DNA of 64,000 bases. Source: Mytilus trossulus (Eukaryota). The first letter of the stretch is position 1; every line of letters begins with the position of its first letter. Positions 54,301-64,000 of the stretch are shown piece after piece. The position numbers were made by a program, and so were the translations under genes. The stretch spans positions 47,492,001-47,556,000 of the forward strand of contig NC_086373.1 of the NCBI RefSeq assembly GCF_036588685.1. The letters are read 5' to 3'. Below the pieces are notes generated by a model, which was given only the letters and a program-made list of their open reading frames with translations, did no database searches and was not told the DNA's origin.

Positions 54301-56176
54301 TTGATAGCTTGTCTGACCTTTTACGTTTAAAAATTTGTTTGTAATTGAATAATTTCAACATTCTTTGCATTTATATTTGAAACTTGTTCCCAAGCCTCAG
54401 ACGTAATTAAGAGAACTGGTTTTTTTTTTTCAAATACTCTTCGGTGCACTTTGTAGGACGAAACGTATTTACTTATTTCGGGTCCATTTAAATGCCGCTG
54501 ATACAAGTGTATACAGATGCATAAAAATGCATTTATATAAATAGTTTTTAATCTCTGTAGGGAGTCATAAGAGTCAGTCACGAATACTTATGAAACAAGA
54601 AGGTTTCCAGTAGTTTCTTATCTAAATCTGGCAATTAAAATACCGCTATTAAATGTCAAATTACATCAATTCTACGGAATGTATATATATATATTCATAT
54701 ATCTAAATTGATCGGCAAACTCGTTTCTTGTTTTGAGAAATTGATGAAGTTATGCTATATCGGTGGCTGAGTGACATCAGTAAATCAATGGACTGATCTT
54801 TCTTCTGAAGTAACAAAGATGATAAATAGATGTTAGAAATAATAATGTACAGTTTTGTGAACATTCCAAAAATTAGTTTCATTTTCCATCAAAGTCATTA
54901 TACAAGAAGATGAATATTTCGTTACTATGGAGACAAAATATTGTAATACAGTGCAATAAGTATGCAACATCGGCATTTATAGGACGTTATTATATACGCC
55001 AACATGTTGTGAGATATCATCATGGGACAAATAGTTAACTATTGATCATGGCAAGACAAGTCATAAAGTTTTATTGATCTACAGTGAACATTATAGTTAT
55101 AATAGTCATAAATGGTCATTCCTATGAAATATTATTAGCTTTATTACACATCCAACTAAATTATATCTATATATATGCTGCATTACTAAACTGACATTTC
55201 AATTGTCCTTTGTAATCTTACAGAAATTGACTACATCCGCCATTTAGTCTCCCAAATGTCGTATCTTGTGTAAATGAACTGGGGAGATCGTCCGTTCATT
55301 ATACTCAGGCGTTAAAGTCATTTTTATGCAACTGTCGATTTAGATGAATACGAATTAAAATTTCTTGCTTGAATGACGAATTTCAAGAGCACATTGCGAC
55401 TTATTGATTTTCAGGGCCATCTGTCGCCCAAGCTTTATAATAAATTGTCGTTTTCTACACAAAGCAAAGATTGTTTGGTTTTTGTTATTTTCTGATACTT
55501 TTAAGTAGAAAGATATAAGATAAGAAAAGAGATAAAAAATTATCAAGTACAGTTTAAAGTTTATCAGCATGATCAGTAACAATTTAAGTAGTGATAAGAT
55601 ATAAGTCAAACTTGCATGTCACAAGGGTATTATTGTCACCATAATTCACAAATGTCATATTTAATGTCTCTTTTACATGTATCTAATTTCATAAACGACT
55701 GGTCACAAACAAAATTAATTTCACTTTGAACATGTATAAATGTACATATTTATTTATGTGTTGTATCAGCCCTGAGTTTTATCTCGGTGTTAAACTATTA
55801 AATATTGCGTTGAACTGTAAAATCACACGTGCACTAGTACAAACACATTAATTATAATGCATAATTTTAATTTCTTACCTGCGCCGGCAATAATTACTTT
55901 TTCTTTATTTCTTAACATCGCATCTGAGTTGCTTCCTTTGTAAATACATTTAATGTTAAATTCCACACCATATGAAGTTGCAATATTTGGTGTCCTTGGG
56001 TCCGGTGTTATTTTTTTAACTACTTCTCCATATAAAACATATTTAGACCTAGCCACCATTTCCTCTGGTTTGATAGTAATTGAAGGATCTTTAGTTATAC
56101 AACTTTCTGATACTTCCACTAAAATTAGTTGAATTATAAAAAGAACGAAAGTATAAAATCCAAAGTCAGCCATCAT
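48329..56176 (-). CDS. Secreted, probably GPI-anchored 260-aa protein with an N-terminal NtA/TIMP-like OB-fold domain and a Pro/Lys/Glu-rich stalk; 4 coding exons
   Basis: Exons 56176-55879, 50552-50364, 49103-48981 and 48501-48329; all introns GT-AG, phase 1; 783 nt open. Signal peptide ending ..VSES-C; C..EE....S.YVLYGEV..Y.VEF.IKCIYKG pattern; YVVFL strand; PKPEP repeats; small-residue omega region (GG/NG) and hydrophobic C-terminus. Confidence 0.88.
49170..49905. mobile_element. Decayed Helentron/DINE-1-type element with tandem units
   Basis: Repeated AAGTTTCATAAAA..TGGCAAGAA.TGT..CATGAGAGCG units ending in a GGAC/AGAC microsatellite. Confidence 0.5.
50580..51670 (-). mobile_element. Helentron/DINE-1-type non-autonomous element in intron 1
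   Basis: GCTTCGCTGGGCGCAGC hairpin plus ATACGACCGCA at the left; (GAC)n and ATACGACCG....CGGTCGTATAAAAA inverted repeat at the right. Confidence 0.65.
52418..53465. repeat. 36-bp inverted repeat pair enclosing about 1 kb (possible DNA transposon ends)
   Basis: CAATATGGCGTTCATGTTTCTTTATGACAACCTATT versus AATAGGTTGTTATAAAGAAACATGAACGCCATATTG (1 mismatch); no clear TSD. Confidence 0.7.
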
Positions 56177-57429
56177 CGTGTGCGTGTGAAGCGAAACTGA
56201 TGTGGAGTGTAAATTTAGACAAGTGAATGCGGCAGAGACAAGCTATTATTGTACACGGTCTGTCCCCCGGATCGATTTAACTATTATAAATAATAGTAAT
56301 ATGTGCCTTTTGGCAATTGTTATTGAAAAAAATATAATTTATGACAGTATTCCTTACTGCTCTTCACTGATTGATTATAAATGCCATATTTTCACACGTT
56401 ACGGTTGATTGGATTCTATGCTTAATTATATTAAGAAACAGCCAGCTGTCAATGACAAAATACTATTATTGATTTACTACTTGGAATGTTACAGAACAAT
56501 CTGCGCCTACCGGAATTGATAAAAAGCATTAACTTATTTAAATATTTTTAAAAAGGTTTCCCGGATTACAATTTATTATAAGACTTTTTATACACAAAAC
56601 AACTATTTCTCGTAACCGTATCTCTATCATTTAAGTTTAATTTATTCCTGTTTCACATGTCAGTCTTAACAATTTTTACGGAGAGGTATTTGGTTACTGT
56701 AAAAACAAGGACCGTTCAGAATGAAAAATGAATCCGTCTCTCTAATTGTTAATATGACAGAAATATGATCCATATACGTATCAGTTTAAAAATCTGATAA
56801 GAACAGGTAAACTGTCCTTTAAGAAACAATTAAACTTTAATCGGTATATATCACATTGACCCTGTGTGATCCTGTGTGTACGTGTGTTGGCAGCGAATAT
56901 GTTTACTTCATAAGGTGCAAGTGAATTTCAAATAATTTACTATTCTGTTCAACTGAGAACTAGGGTAGAGAAAATAGTCTATGTACTTTAGACTTTAATG
57001 AAGGCTTTCCAGCCAAACATTTATAGACCCATCACACGTTAAACGTCAGCGCAGTGCATGATCGGGGAATCTTTCTTTGGATTATATTTGATTCTAGACA
57101 CTTCTTTACAAAGACTGGCTACCTCTTCTTTGAAGGCGGTAAATTTTGACTGCCACTAGAAAATTCAGATCGGATGAAGCTACGTATTACTCACATCCAA
57201 CACAGTGAAACAGTCCCCAAATTTTAACAAGGGTCACAATAGCGGAATCAGGTGGGGGGGGGGGGGGGGCAGGGGAGTTTGAACCCTCTTTTTTGGACGA
57301 TCAATGCATTTGAATAGGGACAGGTAGTTGGAACCCCCCTTTGTCCTGGGTTAGACCCCACTTTTTAAAATGGCTGGATCCGCCCCTGGGACACAGGTTA
57401 ACTGCCTACTAGTTTGCCATCAGTATCAA

Positions 57430-57870
57430 AAAGAAGGTCGAAATATATAAAAGGGACATCCAGACTCATAAGTCGAAAAAAACTGACAAGTTCAACGACA
57501 TGACTTAACTGAAACATAAATCAAAGACCAAGAGACAAACAATAGTACACAAAACACAACAAAGAAAATAAAGTCTATAGGCAACACACAAAATTGGGTA
57601 TCGCAGGTACTCCGGAAGAGTAAGCAGTTCCTGCTCCACATGTGTAGTACCCGTCTTGTTGATTATGCTGGTACACACCCGGTTATAAGTCTTTTTAGAT
57701 AGGTCACATTCAGGGAAAAGGGGGCAGGATTGTAGCTAATACACTTGGAATATATCTCCTATCATCTGTAAAAATGGATATTCCATAAAGGTCAACCAAC
57801 TCGTGATAGCATCCGTAAAATTCCCGACGGCATGATTTTAACTTTCCCATTTTGAACTCTACCTTGTGAA
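57430..57870 (-). mobile_element. Penelope-like 3' remnant
   Basis: KVEFKMGKLKSCRREFYGCYHELVDLYGISI matches the PLE motif KLKSSLRKFYGRHH.LV..Y; followed by A-rich repeat sequence similar to 34720-34830. Confidence 0.65.
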
Positions 57871-59031
57871 AATTAAAATGTGAATACGAATATTGACCAT
57901 GAGGGATAGTCTTTCGTTTCTTTCTCTTATCTTTGTAACAACAGTGTACACGTTTACACATGAAAAAGTACGATTCGAGAGAAAAACAATCGAATTTCGT
58001 CATTCTTTACGTTTCTTTCTCTTCGTAAACCATTTTATTCCAAACGCGCCTAGTACATTACTTATAGACTTATCAAAGAGCTTCTGGTTTCATTCAAAAG
58101 AAGAAAAACACATTTTCATTTGAATAAGAGAAACACTTTAGTTTACGGCTATGTGTAAATCTGGATTATCTATTATACATGCAATCATCTTAGTATTTAA
58201 ATGCAAAGAATATGAAATGTATATATTTGTATACATACTGAACTTAACACTTTACTTGCCTTGTTGTCAATCTCTCCCTGTCGGAGAAGCAATTACTTGA
58301 AGGTTGGTTTTGTCGGATACACTACTACTTCTACTACAAAAAACATTTTACAACAAAAAAGCATCATATCAGTTTTATTAATGTGGTATGCCTTATACAA
58401 GTCGACCAGACATCATTTGCATCAAATCTGAAGGAATCAACATTCTGTCAGCCATAGATACATTTTTTACTGGAATGGATTATATGGCAATCCCGGGAGC
58501 AATTTGAGTATTGCTTTTATCGTTCATTTTGATCCCATTTACATTACTTTTGCACGAACGAAAAAACAATATCTCAGAGATTGTGAATATTATAAAGTGA
58601 TTAATTAATTATTAATATCACTAATTTAACTGTCATGTTTTAACCATGTAATATAGTTTCACCCGGAAAATTTTAATTCTCTAAAGAATTCACTCGAAAA
58701 GGGGCCACTGGCACAGAACAAATATCGACATTACTATTTTATCAAGGTTCTATATACAGTCTCTGTTGTAAATACTTCAACTTTTGAACTTTAAAATTTT
58801 AGATTATGCAGATTAAAATCTTAGTCACGCGATGCTCTTATTTGGAGTGGCAGAATCTACACTTATAACCTTCGTCATTTTTATTAAATTTTAGAATCTT
58901 ACAAGTTCAAATCGATCATGTCTATAGACCTCTCATTTTGAATATATATCTACGAAGTCTCTGTTGTAAATACTTAGTTGCTTGAACTTTGAAATTTTCA
59001 ATTATGCAAGGCGTTGTTCAAAGCGTGGTTC

Positions 59032-59670
59032 GTTTTTATACGCCCGTCTTTTAGACGGGACGTATTATGGTATACCGTTGTCCGTCCGTCCGTCCGTCCG
59101 TTCGTCTGTCCGTCCGTTCGTCTGTCTGTCCGTCCGGTCCGTCGTCCACACTTCGGACAATAACTCAAAAACACTATCACCAATTTCCATGAAACTTAAG
59201 TGATTTGTTTATATCTATTGACGTAAGCTCCCTTTCGTGTTTTTTTTCAGATGTTAAGTTTTGGATTTATGGGGCTTTATTCATAAAAAGGGGGAATTTT
59301 CAACACTTCGGACAATAACTCAAAAAGACTTTCACCAATGTCCATGAAACTTTGGTGAATTGTTTATATCTATTGATGTAAGCTCCCGTTCTATTTTTAT
59401 AAATTTCAGATTTTAAGTTTTGGATTTATGGGGCTTTATTCATAAAAAAGGGGGATTTTTAACACTTCGGACAATAACTCAAAAAGGCTTTCACCAATGT
59501 CCATGAAACTTTGGTGAAGTGTTTATATCTATTGATGTAAGCTCCCTTTCAATTTTTATAAATTTCAGTTTTTACATTTCCGTGCTTTGAATTTTTATGC
59601 TTAAAAAGGGGGGATTTTCCAATTTGTTAAAAGAGCAACGGGCGTATCATGCGCTAAAGCGCAGCCCTTT
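59032..59670 (+). mobile_element. Helentron/DINE-1-type (HINE) non-autonomous element
   Basis: T-rich start, sub-TIR ATACGCCCGT with adjacent inverted repeat CCCGTC-TTTTA-GACGGG, (GTCC)n microsatellite, three tandem units of about 150 bp, 3' sub-TIR ACGGGCGTAT, and hairpin GCGCT-AA-AGCGC before a T run. Confidence 0.85.
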
Positions 59671-61281
59671 TTTATTCAGTTGTTCAAGGTTGTTTCAGCA
59701 TGGATTTGTATATACAAAAATTGGTTTTAGTAAAACCAAAATAGATTGATATAAATTATTTAACAGCACGACAAACTGATTAAGGGTACATTATATATGT
59801 TAAGTGTCCGAAATATTTATTGATACGTACAATTACTGTGTTCTTATTTAATATTGAGGTATATGATGTTGTTTGTACAATCACACTAAATGATATACTA
59901 AGTATATAATAAATAATAAATTATTTTATTAAAGTGTCTTATATATTTTGATTTTGAAATCATGGCCGCCAAATTAAAATAAGGATTAATTGCTGAGACA
60001 ACTTTACATCCTGTCATCAGAGACAAAATGGTCTGGATAAAAACAAATGTTTAAATTAATGAAATCTGGTGTGCCTGACAATGAGAAATAATCTACAGAG
60101 TTAAGGTGTATTTAAGATAAAGCGGATTGAAGCCTTCAACAATGAACAAAACCAGACCACAACTAAGTATAAGCTATAAAATTCTCCAAAATGATAAAAA
60201 TCTAAATAAATGCAAACGGAACAACCAAAAGCCGGATTTATGAACAAAACGATAAACGATAACACAGACAACAACCAGAGGCCACCACTGTATATAAGGG
60301 GCTCATGACTTTTGTCACATCAGACTGTGCAAGACAATGATGTAATACATACAGCAGATGAACAAACTGTCGACATCAGTTTAAAAAGGCTTGGCTCACC
60401 ATGCAGTGTGCCTAAAAAAATATACATGTACATGTACATGAAGTTGATATTTTGAGATCATTGGTGCAAATATTGCCATTGTATATGGCACTTCGATCTC
60501 GTCCGAAATCCATTAAAATAGAGATAAAATGTAATTGAACTGATATTATTTTATGATCAGCGTGTTCAGGTCATATAGAAAAAAATCTATGGTTTATACA
60601 TTTATTTTCAAATTTGTAATAACATATTGGATTTTTGATTTAATGCCATCAGTTTCCCATGTCGTATTTCAGGCCATGATTGTCTCAGTAATACAGGCAC
60701 AGTGATAACTATATTTTCAATTAATTAAAGGTCATTGTGTGACAAGTTGATGATGATAGGATTGGAATGCTGATATTTCAGTTTGTTTATAATTTATTTG
60801 TCAACAGTTAATTGTTAAGTTAAGGGCGTGGTTCTGTTATATACATTCATATGTTGTGTGGTTTGTTTTCTTGGTTTTCTTTTGATAGATCCTTTTTAAA
60901 GTTGTTTGGTATACATATATATAAATATGAAATCCTGCCAGTTGTGCTATATTGTAGCTTATTACATATTAGTGCGATAAGCATGCAGTGCTAGTGTTTA
61001 TAGTGATACAGTCTTCAAATGTGAAAGTTCATTTAGTTAAATTAATAACTATTTTGTGTTTAATTGGGAGCATATCAGAACATAAACATGTTAAATGCAT
61101 GTAACTGCCAAAATTCCGTTGTTTGTTTGCATTTATATTCAGTCGTAAAGTTTCGTCTGTTGACTTGAATTTCGACTCGATCACAACAAGATTGTTAACA
61201 ATTGCCAATCACGATTGAATGGTATCTTTCAATAATTTAAGCTTCAGAGAGTCTTTCCGCGACTTGACCATAAGTTATAAA

Positions 61282-61567
61282 TAACAAGAATGTGTCCCCA
61301 GTACACGGATGCCCCACTTGCACTATCATTTTCCATGTTCAGTGGACCGTGAAATTGGGGTAAAAACTCTAATTTGGCATTAAAATTAGAAAGATCATGC
61401 ATATCATAGAGAACATGTGTACTAAGTTTCAAGTTGATTGGACTTCAACTTCATCAAAAACTACCGGCTTGACCAAAAACTTTAACCTGAAACGGGACGG
61501 ACGAACGAACGGACACACAGACCAGAAAACATAATGCCCCTCTACTATCGGAGGTGGGGCATAAAAA
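61282..61567 (-). mobile_element. Short HINE-type element
   Basis: AACAAGA start, ATGCCCCAC repeated with inverted GTGGGGCAT at the end, and a (GAAC/GGAC)n microsatellite. Confidence 0.7.
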
Positions 61568-63150
61568 TGATGAATGTAGGGTATCCAATTTCATTTAATG
61601 GCATTTTGGTCAATGTAATTTTTGAAATAGGGAATTATTGCATAAACAGGAAAATCTTTGACACTTTTTTCACAGTTTCAGGAAGATTTTCTGTACTTAT
61701 TTGTCATCTAAAGAGCGTTCACGTTTGTACGACTGTGTCAATGTCTTACTACCCGACTTAGTTATTAGCTCGAAAATAAGAGTTACAAGTGGTTCAGAGC
61801 ACAACCAATGACAACCATTTGACATTTTAGGGGGTCGGGGATGGCCTTTCATAGAAAGAAATCCTTTTTCTGTACTTTTCTCAAAGATGTCGACAGAACC
61901 ACACTACTTAACTTTGATGTTACTTTAAAGACATCTTTGGTATAACAGAAATTAATATATTGCTTGAAAACTAACTAGATATATTAAATAATGGATGTCA
62001 AAAAGAAAGGAAATTCACATCATAAAATGGAGAATTCAACTTATAACACAAACCACAATTCGTCTTTAAATACGGTCAATCTTAGTTGTCTGAATATACG
62101 TTGTATGCATAAAAAAAAATTATGAAGTTCCACTTTCAAAGCATAGGGAAAACAGTAAACATTATTTTAAAATGATAAATTTTATACCATTTGATAGGAA
62201 AACTTTTTGCCAATGTTGTATAATTTATTAATTTAATTTACAATAATAAATGAATTAAATATGATTTTTTTTTAGTAGACATGTATACCTCGTATTTGCT
62301 ATATATTCAACCAGAAGATGACCCAACCAACGTTCAACACGACGAGGACACCAGTAAATTTCAAGATAAAGTGAATTTTATTACACCATTTGAAAGCTAT
62401 CAAAATGGTGCAATCTTTATAATTTGTTAATTTTATATGATATCTTTAGTATAGGCTAAGTATTCGTTTATCTAACTAGTGGTCATAATTCCCCGTAGAC
62501 AATAACGTTAAAAAAAATCAATGATAACTGCTCTCTTTTGCCGGGATAGTTGATAAGGCCATCCAGTTGAGCTGTCCGCAATTCTTGTGTATCATTACTG
62601 CGGATTGACTCAGTTTCATTTTCATCTGCTGCTATGCCAGCTTTATTTTTCAGCTCATCATTGTACACAACTGTTTCGAATCCTGTCGTGATATTGAGTC
62701 AGAGACAATATTTGTGTATAGCGTCCTATTGTTGTTTGCCTCTAATGTTTGGTTTGGTTTACACAGAGACATATTATTTATATACATGTATATATGTCTC
62801 TGGTTTACATAACTAATTTCTATAACCACAATGGTTGTCACATTTATATATTATTTGTTAAGTTAAACAAGTCTAAATCGAAAACTACGTTCAAACCTAT
62901 TATTGCGTTAAGTTAGATATAATTGATATGTTAATCAGGTCAGACCTTTTTTCCGGCAGTAGTGATTTTTCGGTTCTTTTCATGTCCAAATCTTTTAATT
63001 GAAGACAAAAGTTGTTATTTTTTGAAATATTTTTAAGATCTTTAATAGTTTCTGTTTCTTTATTTTTTTGCTGAGACTCAGAACCATTAAAAGGGGGGTC
63101 TTACTTGTTGTCTCATTGTTATTTTGTACTGCCTATTTTTAATCTCCCTT

Positions 63151-63289
63151 CAAGGAATAAAAGACCGCTAAACAGTTACACCAATGATTTGTATAGTAAG
63201 ATCTAACTATACAAATCCAGGATTTGTATAGTTAGATCTTACTATAAAAATCATTTGTCTAACTGTTTAGCGGCCTTTTTAAATTCCTT
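63151..63289. repeat. Near-perfect 139-bp palindrome (hairpin MITE-like)
   Basis: AAGGAAT..GACCGCTAAACAGTTA..TATAGTAAGATCTAACTATACAAATCC-A-GGATTTGTATAGTTAGATCTTACTATA..TAACTGTTTAGCGGCC..ATTCCTT. Confidence 0.8.
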
Positions 63290-64000
63290 TTATAGATTCC
63301 GGAAATAAATTTTAGTTCGCATTTGAGTTGTAATTATAAGATCAGAGCCATTTCCGATTTGAAGCTATTTTGAAGAAAAATATTTTTTTTATGTTTATGT
63401 TGATTTATAAGGATTCTGGAACACTAAAAAATATATATGGATGCAACTGTAGGTATTTCATTATATATTGACCTCATTTCGAGTATTGTCAATTTCGGAG
63501 GCCCAAACAAGCAATGACAAGTGAAAATCTAAGACGAATTTAAATTTGTAAAGAGACTATGAACCAATAAATCATAAATAATTCTGATCCTGATTTTAAG
63601 GTCAAATCATTGGCATGACTTGTAGCATTGTACTTTTTCGTTGCATCCTTGTCTAGAACTAAGTTATTCTATGTCTCTAAGTAGTTAGATATAGGAAGAT
63701 GTGGTATGAGTCAGTGCCATGTACATTGTATTTAATCATGGGCTTGTCTAGCTGCGAAAACGTAGCTCTATTGTCCTTTGAATTTTTTTTTTGCCTGCAA
63801 ATATCAAAATCCTCAAAAGGACCTTAAGAGCTACGTTTACAATCTAGTGCATGTCATGGTACTTTGGTATACTGCTTTGCACACAATAGAATTTCTAGCT
63901 TTTTAGATCAGAAAACTGCTCTGTTGTCTCTAAATATTCACCTGCAGTAAATGAGGGTTTCCACTGATAGTCCTCGTCAATGTTTGGACAAAAAGAATCA

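Noticed and set aside
62274-62841. Short protein-like ORFs on both strands
   Set aside because: No convincing splice-site pair, motif or partner exon could be established.

Overview
AT-rich, intron-containing eukaryotic genomic DNA. The repeat families and gene types suggest a bivalve mollusc, probably a Mytilus-like mussel (inference). I reconstructed three spliced minus-strand genes by hand. (1) A glyoxalase-domain gene, GLOD5-like, 130 aa, 3 coding exons (4171-7323); its first two coding exons are repeated in a near-identical 5.1-kb tandem duplication (6369-16589). (2) An uncharacterised 400-aa, 5-exon gene (20055-28978) that looks like a restriction-endonuclease-fold protein with degenerate catalytic motifs. 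(3) A 260-aa, 4-exon secreted, probably GPI-anchored protein with an NtA/TIMP-like OB-fold (48329-56176). A probable terminal exon of a plus-strand gene lies at 1136-1465. The most notable non-coding feature is a tandem pair of hammerhead ribozymes 364 nt apart (a retrozyme, about 489-1037). It abuts a Penelope RT fragment and lies in sense orientation just upstream of that terminal exon. The rest is dense with mobile DNA: a nearly full-length but broken two-ORF non-LTR retrotransposon (about 29880-34500), a decayed CR1-type LINE (duplicated), Penelope remnants, Helentron/DINE-1-type elements, several MITE families, and a satellite-filled foldback element inserted with a 5-bp TSD into a dead hammerhead copy.
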